From assembly GCA_050253415.1 (NCBI GenBank), contig JBFWJC010000001.1, forward strand, positions 1,320,679-1,384,678: a stretch of DNA of 64,000 nt. The letters run 5' to 3'. The DNA is from Pedobacter sp. Its GTDB lineage: Bacteria > Desulfobacterota > Desulfuromonadia > Desulfuromonadales > Syntrophotaleaceae. The stretch's first letter is position 1, and each line of letters begins with the position of its first letter. Below are positions 52,988 through 61,881 of this stretch, in pieces. Under the pieces are notes generated by a model. The model did no database searches. It had not been told where the DNA came from and worked only from the letters and a program-made list of their open reading frames with translations. A program made the position numbers and the translations under genes.

Positions 52988-53611
52988 ATGGAAACTCTGG
53001 AAAAAAAATTTTTCTCGAGGCATGTGCTGGCGGTTGTCCCCATTTTGAAAAAGGCCAAAATAGGGATTGCCGGAGCGGGTGGCCTGGGTTCGAATGTTGC
53101 GGTAGCCTTGGCGCGTTCCGGGGTTGGAAAGCTCGTTATCGCGGACTTCGACCGTGTGGAACCACATAATCTTAATCGCCAGCAATATTTCGTCGACCAG
53201 ATAGGAATGTTCAAGGTCACCGCATTGAAGGAAAACCTCGAACGCATCAACCCTTTTTCGGAATACGAAGTTCATAGGGTTTTTCTTAATGGGGAAAACA
53301 TACCGTCCATACTTGGCGATGTCGATATCATGGTTGAGGCATTCGACAGTGTAGAGTCAAAACTGGAACTCTTGGAGAGTTGGACCGAGAAATTTCCGGG
53401 AAAGCCGGTTGTGATGGGTAGCGGCATGGGGGGCTATGGCAATAATAACGAGCTCTCAACCAAAAGGCTTTTTGAAAACGTATATGTCTGTGGCGATGGT
53501 AAAACCGATGTGGCTATTCATCCTCCCATAGCACCGAGGGTCGCCATTGTAGCTGCCATGCAGGCCAATCTGGTGCTTGAAATTCTTCTCAATAACAAGG
53601 TCGTATTATAA
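52988..53611 (+). CDS. thiF: ThiF-family sulfur-carrier adenylyltransferase
   Basis: GAGGLGS, DFDRVEPHNLNRQ, EAFD and CGDG motifs. Confidence 0.88.
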   Translation: METLEKKFFSRHVLAVVPILKKAKIGIAGAGGLGSNVAVALARSGVGKLVIADFDRVEPHNLNRQQYFVDQIGMFKVTALKENLERINPFSEYEVHRVFLNGENIPSILGDVDIMVEAFDSVESKLELLESWTEKFPGKPVVMGSGMGGYGNNNELSTKRLFENVYVCGDGKTDVAIHPPIAPRVAIVAAMQANLVLEILLNNKVVL

Positions 53612-53824
53612 GTCAACTTTATGCTGGGTTCTAACGATTATTAATTCGCTACATTTGATATGAATATTTAATCTTCCTCTCAGGCGATGTGGCCTCTCCG
53701 GGTGGGGTGCATCGCCAACATTTTCCCTTGGTTTCCTTGGATTAAGAAAGATTCTCTGGGTAGATATCGATTTGTTGAAAGAATAAACAAGTTTTTTTAA
53801 TATACTTAAATGATTGCAAAAATT

Positions 53825-53835
53825 AAATAGCCAAA
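53825..53835 (+). promoter_or_regulatory. AAATAGCCAAA motif upstream of MMSDH
   Basis: Exact copy of the motif; no clear -35 box at the usual spacing. Confidence 0.55.
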
Positions 53836-53910
53836 CGTTACAAAAATAAAAACTTCAATGACTTGATTGTTTACACGGTTAACGTTGTCTGGGGGCAACC
53901 TCCCCCATCT

Positions 53911-53957
53911 CACCGCCCTGCACTGAACCTCCTAGACAGTGCGGGGCGGTGTTTTTT
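53911..53957 (+). terminator. terminator/attenuator hairpin in the MMSDH leader
   Basis: CACCGCCCTGCACTG/CAGTGCGGGGCGGTG 15-bp stem followed by T6. Confidence 0.7.
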
Positions 53958-54061
53958 ACACATTGATTTTGGTCGTGACCGGTGCGTTGTGGTTTTTTTC
54001 AGTGGCCCTAAAAGAGGGAGCTTAACAATAGAATTCACCCCGAAACCGAAAGGAGCCAAGC

Positions 54062-55561
54062 ATGACTAAGATTTTGCACCATTATCTTAATGGCCAGCGT
54101 GTCGCAGGTACTAGTGGCAGGTTTAGCGATGTCATCAATCCGGCATCCGGAGATGTGATTGCACAAGTTCCTTTGGCTTCTGCCGATGAAACAGCTTCAG
54201 CGATAGTCGCAGCGGCAGAGGCCTTTCCTGCTTGGCGCGATACCCCGCCACTTCGTCGCGCCCGCGTGTTATTTCGATTTATCGAATTGTTGAATCAGAA
54301 CATGGACGAGCTTGCATCGCTGATTTCGGAAGAGCATGGGAAAGTTTTCGACGATGCCATCGGAGATGTCACCCGTGGTATGGAGGTTGCGGAATTTGCC
54401 TGTGGAGCACCGCATTTGCTGAAGGGCCATTTTTCTGAAAATGTTGGAACCAACGTTGACAGCCATTCCATTCGACAGCCTCTGGGCGTTTGCGCAGGTA
54501 TTACTCCATTTAATTTTCCGGCGATGGTCCCTATGTGGATGTTTCCGCTCGCCATAATCTGCGGCAACACGTTTGTCTTGAAACCCTCGGAGAAAGTTCC
54601 GAGTACTGCATTGCGCATGGCCGAGTTGATGAGTGAAGCCGGGTTGCCTGCTGGTGTTTTAAATGTGGTTAACGGTGACAAGGAATCGGTCAATGTGTTG
54701 CTTGAGCATCCCCAAATTGCAGGGGTCAGTTTTGTCGGGTCTACACCGGTGGCGGAACATATTTACAAGACCGCTACGGCAAATGGAAAAAGGGCGCAAG
54801 CATTGGGTGGTGCCAAAAACCATATGGTGGTTATGCCTGATGCTGATCTCGACCAGGTAACCAATGCCCTGATGGGCGCGGCCTATGGTGCAGCCGGAGA
54901 ACGTTGCATGGCCATTTCGGTTGTTGTTGCGGTCGGTGACGAAACGGCCGACGCCTTGGTCGCGCGACTGATACCAAGGGTACAAGGACTTAAGGTCGGC
55001 GCCGGCATGTCGGTTGGGGTTGAAATGGGCCCCCTGATAAGCGCAGAGCACCTGGTAAAAGTCAAAAACTACGTGGATATTGGGGTTGCCGAGGGCGCGA
55101 CACTCATAGTGGATGGGCGCGATCTAACGGTACCTGCATCGGGAAAAGGTTTTTTTCTCGGTGGTTGTCTTTTTGATCGGGTAACCACAGATATGCGGAT
55201 TTATAAAGAAGAAATCTTCGGTCCGGTTCTGGCGGTAGTGCGGGCTCAAGATTTCAATGTCGCACTTGAGATGATCAATGCTCATGAGTATGGCAATGGC
55301 ACATCTATTTTCACCAGGGATGGAGATACCGCCCGAACTTTTGGTTCTCAGGTTCAGGCCGGTATGGTAGGCGTCAATATCCCTATTCCGGTCCCTATGG
55401 CGTATCACAGTTTCGGCGGTTGGAAGCGGTCCCTTTTCGGAGATGTGCATATGCATGGCACGGAAGGTATTAATTTTTATACCAAGCTTAAAACCATTAC
55501 ATCGAGATGGCCGACGGGTATCCGATCGGGTTCAGATTTTCATATGCCGACAATGGGGTGA
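54062..55561 (+). CDS. mmsA: CoA-acylating (methyl)malonate-semialdehyde dehydrogenase
   Basis: ITPFNFPAMVP, GGAKNH, AAGERCMA, EEIFGP and FGGWKRS motifs. Confidence 0.93.
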   Translation: MTKILHHYLNGQRVAGTSGRFSDVINPASGDVIAQVPLASADETASAIVAAAEAFPAWRDTPPLRRARVLFRFIELLNQNMDELASLISEEHGKVFDDAIGDVTRGMEVAEFACGAPHLLKGHFSENVGTNVDSHSIRQPLGVCAGITPFNFPAMVPMWMFPLAIICGNTFVLKPSEKVPSTALRMAELMSEAGLPAGVLNVVNGDKESVNVLLEHPQIAGVSFVGSTPVAEHIYKTATANGKRAQALGGAKNHMVVMPDADLDQVTNALMGAAYGAAGERCMAISVVVAVGDETADALVARLIPRVQGLKVGAGMSVGVEMGPLISAEHLVKVKNYVDIGVAEGATLIVDGRDLTVPASGKGFFLGGCLFDRVTTDMRIYKEEIFGPVLAVVRAQDFNVALEMINAHEYGNGTSIFTRDGDTARTFGSQVQAGMVGVNIPIPVPMAYHSFGGWKRSLFGDVHMHGTEGINFYTKLKTITSRWPTGIRSGSDFHMPTMG

Positions 55562-55622
55562 AATTGAAAAAAATGTTTTTCCTGGTCGGGTGAAAAACAA
55601 AAAAGTTGCTATCTCGTATGCG

Positions 55623-55657
55623 AAAGCCCCCCTAATACAAATAGGGGGGCTTTTTTT
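55623..55657. terminator. bidirectional terminator
   Basis: AAAGCCCCCCTA...TAGGGGGGCTTTTTTT. Confidence 0.8.
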
Positions 55658-55682
55658 CTTCGTTGATCAGGTTTGGAAATTT

Positions 55683-56924
55683 CTACCAGACAAAGAAGGT
55701 ACCGATGCTGAATATTTCGGTATTTTGGTCTTCACCGTCAAACCAGGAGTTCTCAGTCAGCATAATTTCAGTCATGACCTTGAGATGGGGATTGATGTCG
55801 TGGTAGAGGCCGAATACCCATAGCGTCTGCTCTTCAATCTGTACCTCGGTACCGAGCAGGCGATCCGCTTTGTCCCGCGAGGTTTCATCCATATAGTTTC
55901 CGCCGTAGCTGACACCAAGTTTCGTTTTACCGAGGCGGTTGTCAAAACCGTACATCAATTGGGCAATAAAACCTTGGCTGTCTCTTTCCTTCCCTGCGGC
56001 ATCCAGCGCATCGGTATCAAGCATCAACACGGACCCGACCGCCGAATTATCAAAGCCCGATAAAACCAAGTCGAAGCCTTTATACAGGACTTGCACTCCG
56101 CCAGCAATCCCGGTTGCTTCCACGGTGCCATCGAAGCCGCTGCCGCTCGTAAAGTCCGCTTCTTGCCAGACCCCGGACACCCAGGCTTTGAGAGATCCCC
56201 CCTCAAAAGTCCCTGCATAGGATACTTCGCCTTCAACTCGCGGCAGTTTTGTCTCTTCCGCTCTTGCTGAAGGTCCAGCAATCACGCTTGGGTCATAAAG
56301 CCCTACCGCGACCTTGAAGCCGTTAAGGTCAGGGGTGGTATAGCGTACCTGGGCGTTGAATTGCGGATAAACATAGCCATAGCCGATGCGCCCCAGGGGG
56401 GTGCCGCCCCCGTCGAGAGCGCCTTGGGCACCGTAGCCCCAGACGGTCATATCTGTCAGGAGGTTCTGGCCCTGAAACTGGCTGAGTGTTTTACCTATCA
56501 GCATCTGACCAAAGTTGCCGTCGACGGTGAAAAAGATTTCGCGAAGGTCGATCTGATTGCCGAAGGAGTTCTTTGACTTGCCAATATCCTTGGAATCGTA
56601 GGTGGGGTAAAATCCGACGCGTGCAGCCATGTCAAGGCCACCCATGGTCGGGGCTTTGATATTGAAAGCAAGAATTCCGGGGACCAGGCCGATGCGTTCC
56701 CGGTAACCCTCCTGGTTGTCAACTATGGTTCCGCCACGACGAATACCCGAGCCAAAATCGGGTTTATCGTCTGCAGTTTCGTAGGCGGCAAACATGTTAA
56801 CCAGACCATCGGTGCTGAATGCCCAGCCACTATCCGTTCCGATTACAATAGCGGCATGGCTATTAGTACTAAAAACCAAAAGGCCAAAAAATAATCCGCT
56901 AAGCCAAAACCTTGAAATTTTCAT
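55683..56924 (-). CDS. outer-membrane porin
   Basis: Signal peptide, alternating beta strands, YTTP motif and aromatic C-terminus (TFFVW). Confidence 0.8.
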   Translation of the reverse strand: MKISRFWLSGLFFGLLVFSTNSHAAIVIGTDSGWAFSTDGLVNMFAAYETADDKPDFGSGIRRGGTIVDNQEGYRERIGLVPGILAFNIKAPTMGGLDMAARVGFYPTYDSKDIGKSKNSFGNQIDLREIFFTVDGNFGQMLIGKTLSQFQGQNLLTDMTVWGYGAQGALDGGGTPLGRIGYGYVYPQFNAQVRYTTPDLNGFKVAVGLYDPSVIAGPSARAEETKLPRVEGEVSYAGTFEGGSLKAWVSGVWQEADFTSGSGFDGTVEATGIAGGVQVLYKGFDLVLSGFDNSAVGSVLMLDTDALDAAGKERDSQGFIAQLMYGFDNRLGKTKLGVSYGGNYMDETSRDKADRLLGTEVQIEEQTLWVFGLYHDINPHLKVMTEIMLTENSWFDGEDQNTEIFSIGTFFVW

Positions 56925-57166
56925 CTCCAACCTCCAAAGAAACGCAACTTTAAAAAACTTCAATCGGTAACTTGGATAGGGCATAAGCTGCTTGATTAAA
57001 GCTGAATTGCCATGCCCCAAGTTCCGATGCTTTCAAATCGTTTCAGTTTTGCACGCCAACCTTCTTTGATTCACAGGTGATAGTGACGAAGTTTTTTGGG
57101 GGGAAGCAAAACAGCGTTGCAGGGGGAGGTGGGTCATGCATCAAAAATAACGGCATCCTACTTCAT

Positions 57167-57198
57167 AGTCAATGTATAAATTATATATTTGGCTAATT
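57167..57198 (-). promoter_or_regulatory. AATTAGCCAAA motif plus -35 TTGACT (porin)
   Basis: On the minus strand the motif is followed by TTGACT after a 15-bp spacer. Confidence 0.6.
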
Positions 57199-57515
57199 TT
57201 TTAGTGCTGGAAAGGGTTCTTTTCAATTTAAAAGAGTGTATTTTCTCCTAAAAGGTATGGGATGGTTTGTAGGGCACTAAAATGTCAGTTTAAGTGACTT
57301 CCTACAGATATTCTTGGGGGGAGGGGGATAAAACTTTTTTTGGCGACCTTGGTGCCTTAGTGAAAAAAATATCTTTCCTTGGGACTGTTTGGAAGCCATG
57401 TTCGCAGTATGGGGCTTAGATCTGTTCATGTCAAAAATCGGTCAAAATTTAAACAGCGTTTGATTCTATAAAAAATATTATACAAAAAAACGTTTAAAAT
57501 CAAGCAAATATAAAA

Positions 57516-57571
57516 AAATAGCCAAAACATTCAAAAATATGGTTGAAAAGAAATTTATCTTGTCGTATATA
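57516..57571 (+). promoter_or_regulatory. AAATAGCCAAA motif plus sigma70-like promoter (dhaT, distal)
   Basis: Motif at 57516-26, TTGAAA at 57543, TATATA 17 bp later; a second motif copy at 57730-40. Confidence 0.6.
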
Positions 57572-57907
57572 TTGAAAACCAAAGGCTGCTGACGTGGCAG
57601 CCTTGACAAAAGAACAGCATGATTTTTTATTTTGAAAACTCTGGCCGAGGAGTTGGAGCGTGTCCTGGCCGCAATCGATGCCGACACCGTTTGCAAAACT
57701 GGAATCAGAATTTTTTTTTTGATAAATGAAAATAGCCAAATATATAAATTAATTTACAGGCACTCCATGGCAGGCTTTTTCTAAATTGCAGGGTATGGGC
57801 CATAGCTGTTCGGGGGGACAGAGCGAAAAAGCGCCGGGAGTTCATGTGAAGAGGAGCCATCACCTGTGCTGGTGGCAAAACATCTACAAACAACGAAGGA
57901 GGAGAAA

Positions 57908-59059
57908 ATGGCTGACTTTTTGTGTCCCGCGGTAAACTTCATCGGTAAGGGTACTGTTGCCGAGGTTGGTCCCAGGGCTGCCATGTTTGGCACTAAAGCG
58001 CTCATCGTATGTGATGGTTTCCTTGCAAAACTCGAGGATGGTCCGGTTGCCAAAGTAAAAGACTCACTGGCCGCATCCGGGGTTAAATTCGCTATTTATG
58101 ATGGTGTTGAACCTAACCCGAAAGACACCAATGTTGCTGCCGGTCTGAAGATTTACAAAGCGGAAAAATGCGACATCATCGTGACCGTCGGTGGCGGAAG
58201 CTCCCATGACTGCGGTAAGGGCATCGGTATTGCTGCCACGCACGACGGGGACCTCTACAAAGATTATGCCGGCATCGAGATGTTGACCAACGAACTGCCT
58301 CCGATTATCGCGGTCAACACCACCGCCGGTACCGCCAGTGAAGTTACCCGCCACTGCGTTATCACCAACACCAAAGAAAAAGTTAAATTTGTTATCGTCA
58401 GTTGGCGCAACCTGCCTAAAGTTTCTATTAATGATCCTGAGTTGATGGTCGCCAAACCGGCCGGCTTGACCGCCGCTACCGGTATGGATGCTCTGACTCA
58501 CGCTGTTGAATGTTATGTGACCAAAGATGCCAATCCGGCAACCGACGCCGTGGCGATTCACGCTATCAAATTGATTGGCAAGTTCTTGCGTCGCGCCGTT
58601 GCAAATGGGGCGGATATCGAGGCTCGCGAAGGCATGGCCTATGGGTCCCTGCTGGCCGGTATGGCTTTCAACAATGCAGGCCTTGGTTACGTGCATGCCA
58701 TGGCTCATCAGTTGGGCGGCCTGCTCGATATGCCCCACGGCATCGCCAATGCTGTACTGCTGCCCCATATCGAAAGATATAACCTGATGGTTAACCCCGA
58801 GAAATTTGCCGATATCGCCGTGGCGTTGGGGGAAAATATCAATGGTCTCGGCAAGATGGAAGCTGCTGAAAAAGCCATCGACGCCATCGTTCGCTTGTCC
58901 ATGGATGTTGGGATTCCTCAGCACCTTGCTGAACTGGGCGTCAAGGAATCCGATATTCAACAGATGGCGGAAATGGCTATGCGGGACGGCAACGCCGGTA
59001 CAAATCCCCGTGTTGGTAAGCTCGCCGATATCGTCCAACTGTTCAAGAATGCCATGTAA
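57908..59059 (+). CDS. dhaT: 1,3-propanediol dehydrogenase-like Fe-ADH
   Basis: EPNPKDTNV, GGGSSHDCGKGIGIAATH and VKFVIVSWRNLP, as in DhaT; Fe ligands DALTH and HAMAH. Confidence 0.88.
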   Translation: MADFLCPAVNFIGKGTVAEVGPRAAMFGTKALIVCDGFLAKLEDGPVAKVKDSLAASGVKFAIYDGVEPNPKDTNVAAGLKIYKAEKCDIIVTVGGGSSHDCGKGIGIAATHDGDLYKDYAGIEMLTNELPPIIAVNTTAGTASEVTRHCVITNTKEKVKFVIVSWRNLPKVSINDPELMVAKPAGLTAATGMDALTHAVECYVTKDANPATDAVAIHAIKLIGKFLRRAVANGADIEAREGMAYGSLLAGMAFNNAGLGYVHAMAHQLGGLLDMPHGIANAVLLPHIERYNLMVNPEKFADIAVALGENINGLGKMEAAEKAIDAIVRLSMDVGIPQHLAELGVKESDIQQMAEMAMRDGNAGTNPRVGKLADIVQLFKNAM

Positions 59060-59069
59060 TTAGCATAAA

Positions 59070-59112
59070 AAGTGGCGCCTTCGCACTTTAGCGGAGGTGC
59101 CACTTCTGTTTT
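59070..59112 (+). terminator. hairpin/terminator after dhaT
   Basis: AAGTGGCGCCTTCGC/GCGGAGGTGCCACTT stem with an imperfect T tract. Confidence 0.6.
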
Positions 59113-59161
59113 GAGGGTGGTTGCAACGATTCTCGGATAAAGGAGCACAACGGTTGTGGGC

Positions 59162-59454
59162 ATGAACGAAAATGCGGAGCTCCTGAAAGTTTATGTTTGG
59201 AACGATGAGCGGAAGGGTGCAGGCCTCTGCATGAAGTGATCGTAGATCGGATGAAAGAGCTCGACGGTTATGGCCTGACAGTGGTGAGGGTTTACTCCCG
59301 TCCGACAGGCAATAGTCAGTCGGACGGTCAGCAGACGGTTGTGAAGGTTCTTGCCAGGCCGGATGCTATCGATCTGGTGCAACGCTTTGTCCATCAGCTC
59401 GGCAGTTCCGGGTGGATGGTCAGGGAAAAAATCGAAGCCCTTTGCGGTTTGTGA
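59162..59454 (+). pseudogene. frameshifted DUF190/PII-like gene
   Basis: MNENAELLKVYVWNDERK continues in another frame as RPLHEVIVDRMKELDGYGLTVVR, and aligns by eye with 60710-61051. Confidence 0.6.
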
Positions 59455-59606
59455 AAAGCATAACCGAGCCGGGAATTGGGGAAGAGCCTGCATTCTGTGC
59501 CAGAGTAGGAACGCTGGTCGGCACAGTCGATGACAGGCTGTTTTACATGCAAAGCCCTTTTTAGGAGTAAACGCTAAACACGGACGTCATAGAGTGGAGG
59601 ATAGTT

Positions 59607-60596
59607 ATGGATGCCTGGAGTCTTAATGCCATTTTGCTGGCTTTCGGGGGCGGAATGTTCGGTGCCAGTCTCGGCGGCTTGTGGTCTTTCTGTCTCTGCG
59701 GTCTGTTGACCATGTTGGGCTGTCTGGTCGTGCTAGGCGGCGGTTCTGATTTTCTGTTGCTGCAAGTCGGTCTGGGTCCGATCTTCGGTCCCCACACCGG
59801 CGGCTTTGTGGCCGGGGTTGTTGCCTCGACCTATGCTGCCGGTTTCAAAAAAAATCATCCCTCGGGCGCGGCCAAGGATATTCTGTCGCCTCTGGTCGAT
59901 ACCTCTTGGGATGTGCTGGTGGTCGGCGGTGTCTCTGCCGTTTTTGGCCTAGTGATCGTACCTCTGCTGGGCAAAGTTCCCCTTGTCAAGGAATTCGACC
60001 TGCTGGCCCTGTCCATCTGCATCAATATCTGGTTGGCTCGTGGCCTGTTCCAGAAAGAGGCGCCCTGGGGGAACATGGAGTCGATCAGGGAGCACGGCTG
60101 GCTGAAAACCAATGGCTACGCCATTTCCTGGGTCGGCTGGATGTCGCCGCCGTCCCGCCTGCTGGCCATCGGTGCCGGCATGGGCCTGCTGTCTGGTGGG
60201 GTGGCCATGGGCTTCCGCGAGTACCTGGCGCCGCTGGCCGCGCAGGGTGTGGTGAGTGACGCCGCTGCCTTCGTGGCGCCGCTGATCTTTTGCTGGGGTT
60301 TTTCGGCCATCATGCTGACCATGCTCAATTTCGGTCAGGGCACCATCCAGAAGTCTCCGGTAACCCACTGTATGGCAATCATGGGGGCTTGGGGGTATCT
60401 GCAGACCGGCTCACTGGTGATGGCCATGATCTTTGGTATCGGTGGCGCATTTGTCGAAGAGTTGACGGCCCGCATGTTCTACAACCACGGTAGCAACCAT
60501 CTTGATCCGCCCGCTGCGGGGATTGCCCTTTCGACCTTCATAATGAATATATTGTTCAAGCCTGAATTCTTGAACCTCGGCAAGTTTTTCAATTAA
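59607..60596 (+). CDS. uncharacterised Gly-rich polytopic membrane protein
   Basis: Roughly 10 hydrophobic segments; GGAGG RBS; no family recognised. Confidence 0.85.
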   Translation: MDAWSLNAILLAFGGGMFGASLGGLWSFCLCGLLTMLGCLVVLGGGSDFLLLQVGLGPIFGPHTGGFVAGVVASTYAAGFKKNHPSGAAKDILSPLVDTSWDVLVVGGVSAVFGLVIVPLLGKVPLVKEFDLLALSICINIWLARGLFQKEAPWGNMESIREHGWLKTNGYAISWVGWMSPPSRLLAIGAGMGLLSGGVAMGFREYLAPLAAQGVVSDAAAFVAPLIFCWGFSAIMLTMLNFGQGTIQKSPVTHCMAIMGAWGYLQTGSLVMAMIFGIGGAFVEELTARMFYNHGSNHLDPPAAGIALSTFIMNILFKPEFLNLGKFFN

Positions 60597-60709
60597 TAGC
60601 TCAAGCTCCATCTTGGAAGCGTAAGGGATTGAGAAGTTTATCTGAATGCCGAGTTCGTCGTGAAATTCTGGCGACTTAAACAAATATGCGAGAGCTTAGG
60701 GGGTTCGAT

Positions 60710-61051
60710 ATGGGCAATGAAGGAAAAGGCAAGTTGTTGAGAATCTATCTCAATGAAACCAAGCGGTTGGGGGATAAGTCTCTCTACGAAGCTATTGTGG
60801 AAAAAGCCTTCAAGCACGGCTTGGCGGGGTCTATGGTTTTCCGGGGGATTGAAGGGGCCGGGTTCTGCTGCAAGACCTGCAGAACACAAATACCCAGCCT
60901 GACCATCTCCAAGTGTCAACCCATGGTAATCGAGTTCATTGATACTGAAGAAAAGATAAGTACCTTGGTCCCCATTCTCAAGAAAATGGTCACTGCCGGT
61001 GCCATGGTAACTATGGATGCCGAGGTTGTGCATAACGTTTGCGAGTCTTAG
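60710..61051 (+). CDS. DUF190 (PII-like) protein
   Basis: LLRIYLNE...LYEAIV...GLAGSMVFRGIEG...PMVIEFIDTEEKI. Confidence 0.85.
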   Translation: MGNEGKGKLLRIYLNETKRLGDKSLYEAIVEKAFKHGLAGSMVFRGIEGAGFCCKTCRTQIPSLTISKCQPMVIEFIDTEEKISTLVPILKKMVTAGAMVTMDAEVVHNVCES

Positions 61052-61207
61052 TTTTGGGGCCCCGGTGTCTAGTCTGAGGACCTTACAGGTTTTCGGCCGC
61101 CGCAACACCGGGGCCATTTTTCAAGTTAAATTCGCGCTGTTTTTTGCAGAGGCATTCAGCGCTTCGATTGGCAGGTAGGCTTGAGTATTTCGCCATAAGG
61201 AGTAATT

Positions 61208-61531
61208 ATGCGTTTGTTGGCTAAGTTTTTCCCCGAATTTGCGGAATTGCTGGACAAGACCGACGAGTTGTACCAGCAAAAGCGTTTCATTGACGAAAAA
61301 ACCTATCAGTACATCTGTTTCGCCGTGTCCATCAAGGCCCGCTCGAAACCTTGCGTACTGAAACATTTCAAGGGTGCACTGGATGCCGGTGCTACGGTTC
61401 AGGAGTTGGCCTATATCCTGGCCCTAGTGATGCGCGAAGCGTCCGGCGCCGATGACTGCTGGACCCATGATGTGCTGGAGGACTGGGATGAGATCGTTGC
61501 CGGCAATATTGCCTGTGGATGCCCCGCATAA
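61208..61531 (+). CDS. carboxymuconolactone decarboxylase/AhpD-family protein
   Basis: IDEKTYQYICFA...CVLKHFKGALDAGATVQEL. Confidence 0.8.
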   Translation: MRLLAKFFPEFAELLDKTDELYQQKRFIDEKTYQYICFAVSIKARSKPCVLKHFKGALDAGATVQELAYILALVMREASGADDCWTHDVLEDWDEIVAGNIACGCPA

Positions 61532-61724
61532 GGGTGGCTGAGGTTATATTTGATAAGACGGAGTTATGAACAGGGGGGGGCAATACAGATGTCCTCCCTG
61601 TTCGCATTTGCAAAGGGTAAAAATGCTGGGCCGTGTCCCCAAAATACACCATAGGGTTCTAAGGGCGGTAAATTTGATTGATAAAAACCTAGGTAATTTC
61701 AGACAGATTCAGTTCAGCAAAAAT

Positions 61725-61780
61725 AAATAGCCATATATTTGTAATTTTGCTTGACCTGCCATTGTTGTTATTGTAAAAAT
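61725..61780 (+). promoter_or_regulatory. AAATAGCCATA motif plus sigma70-like promoter (Fe-ADH)
   Basis: Motif at 61725-35, TTGACC at 61751, TAAAAA 17 bp later. Confidence 0.6.
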
Positions 61781-61881
61781 TAACACAAGAGAAAGACCTA
61801 TTCGGGTCTCAGGTTTTTATAGTGTTGCACAGCTGGCCGTTCCGGGAGGGCCAGATAGACACAGAACAAGGAGGCACAACC

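Noticed and set aside
61566..61730. 54-codon ORF with CPPC between CMD and Fe-ADH
   Set aside because: RBS spacing is poor, it overlaps a hairpin and the promoter motif, and the frame is not kept in the paralogous copy at about 43.3-43.45 kb.
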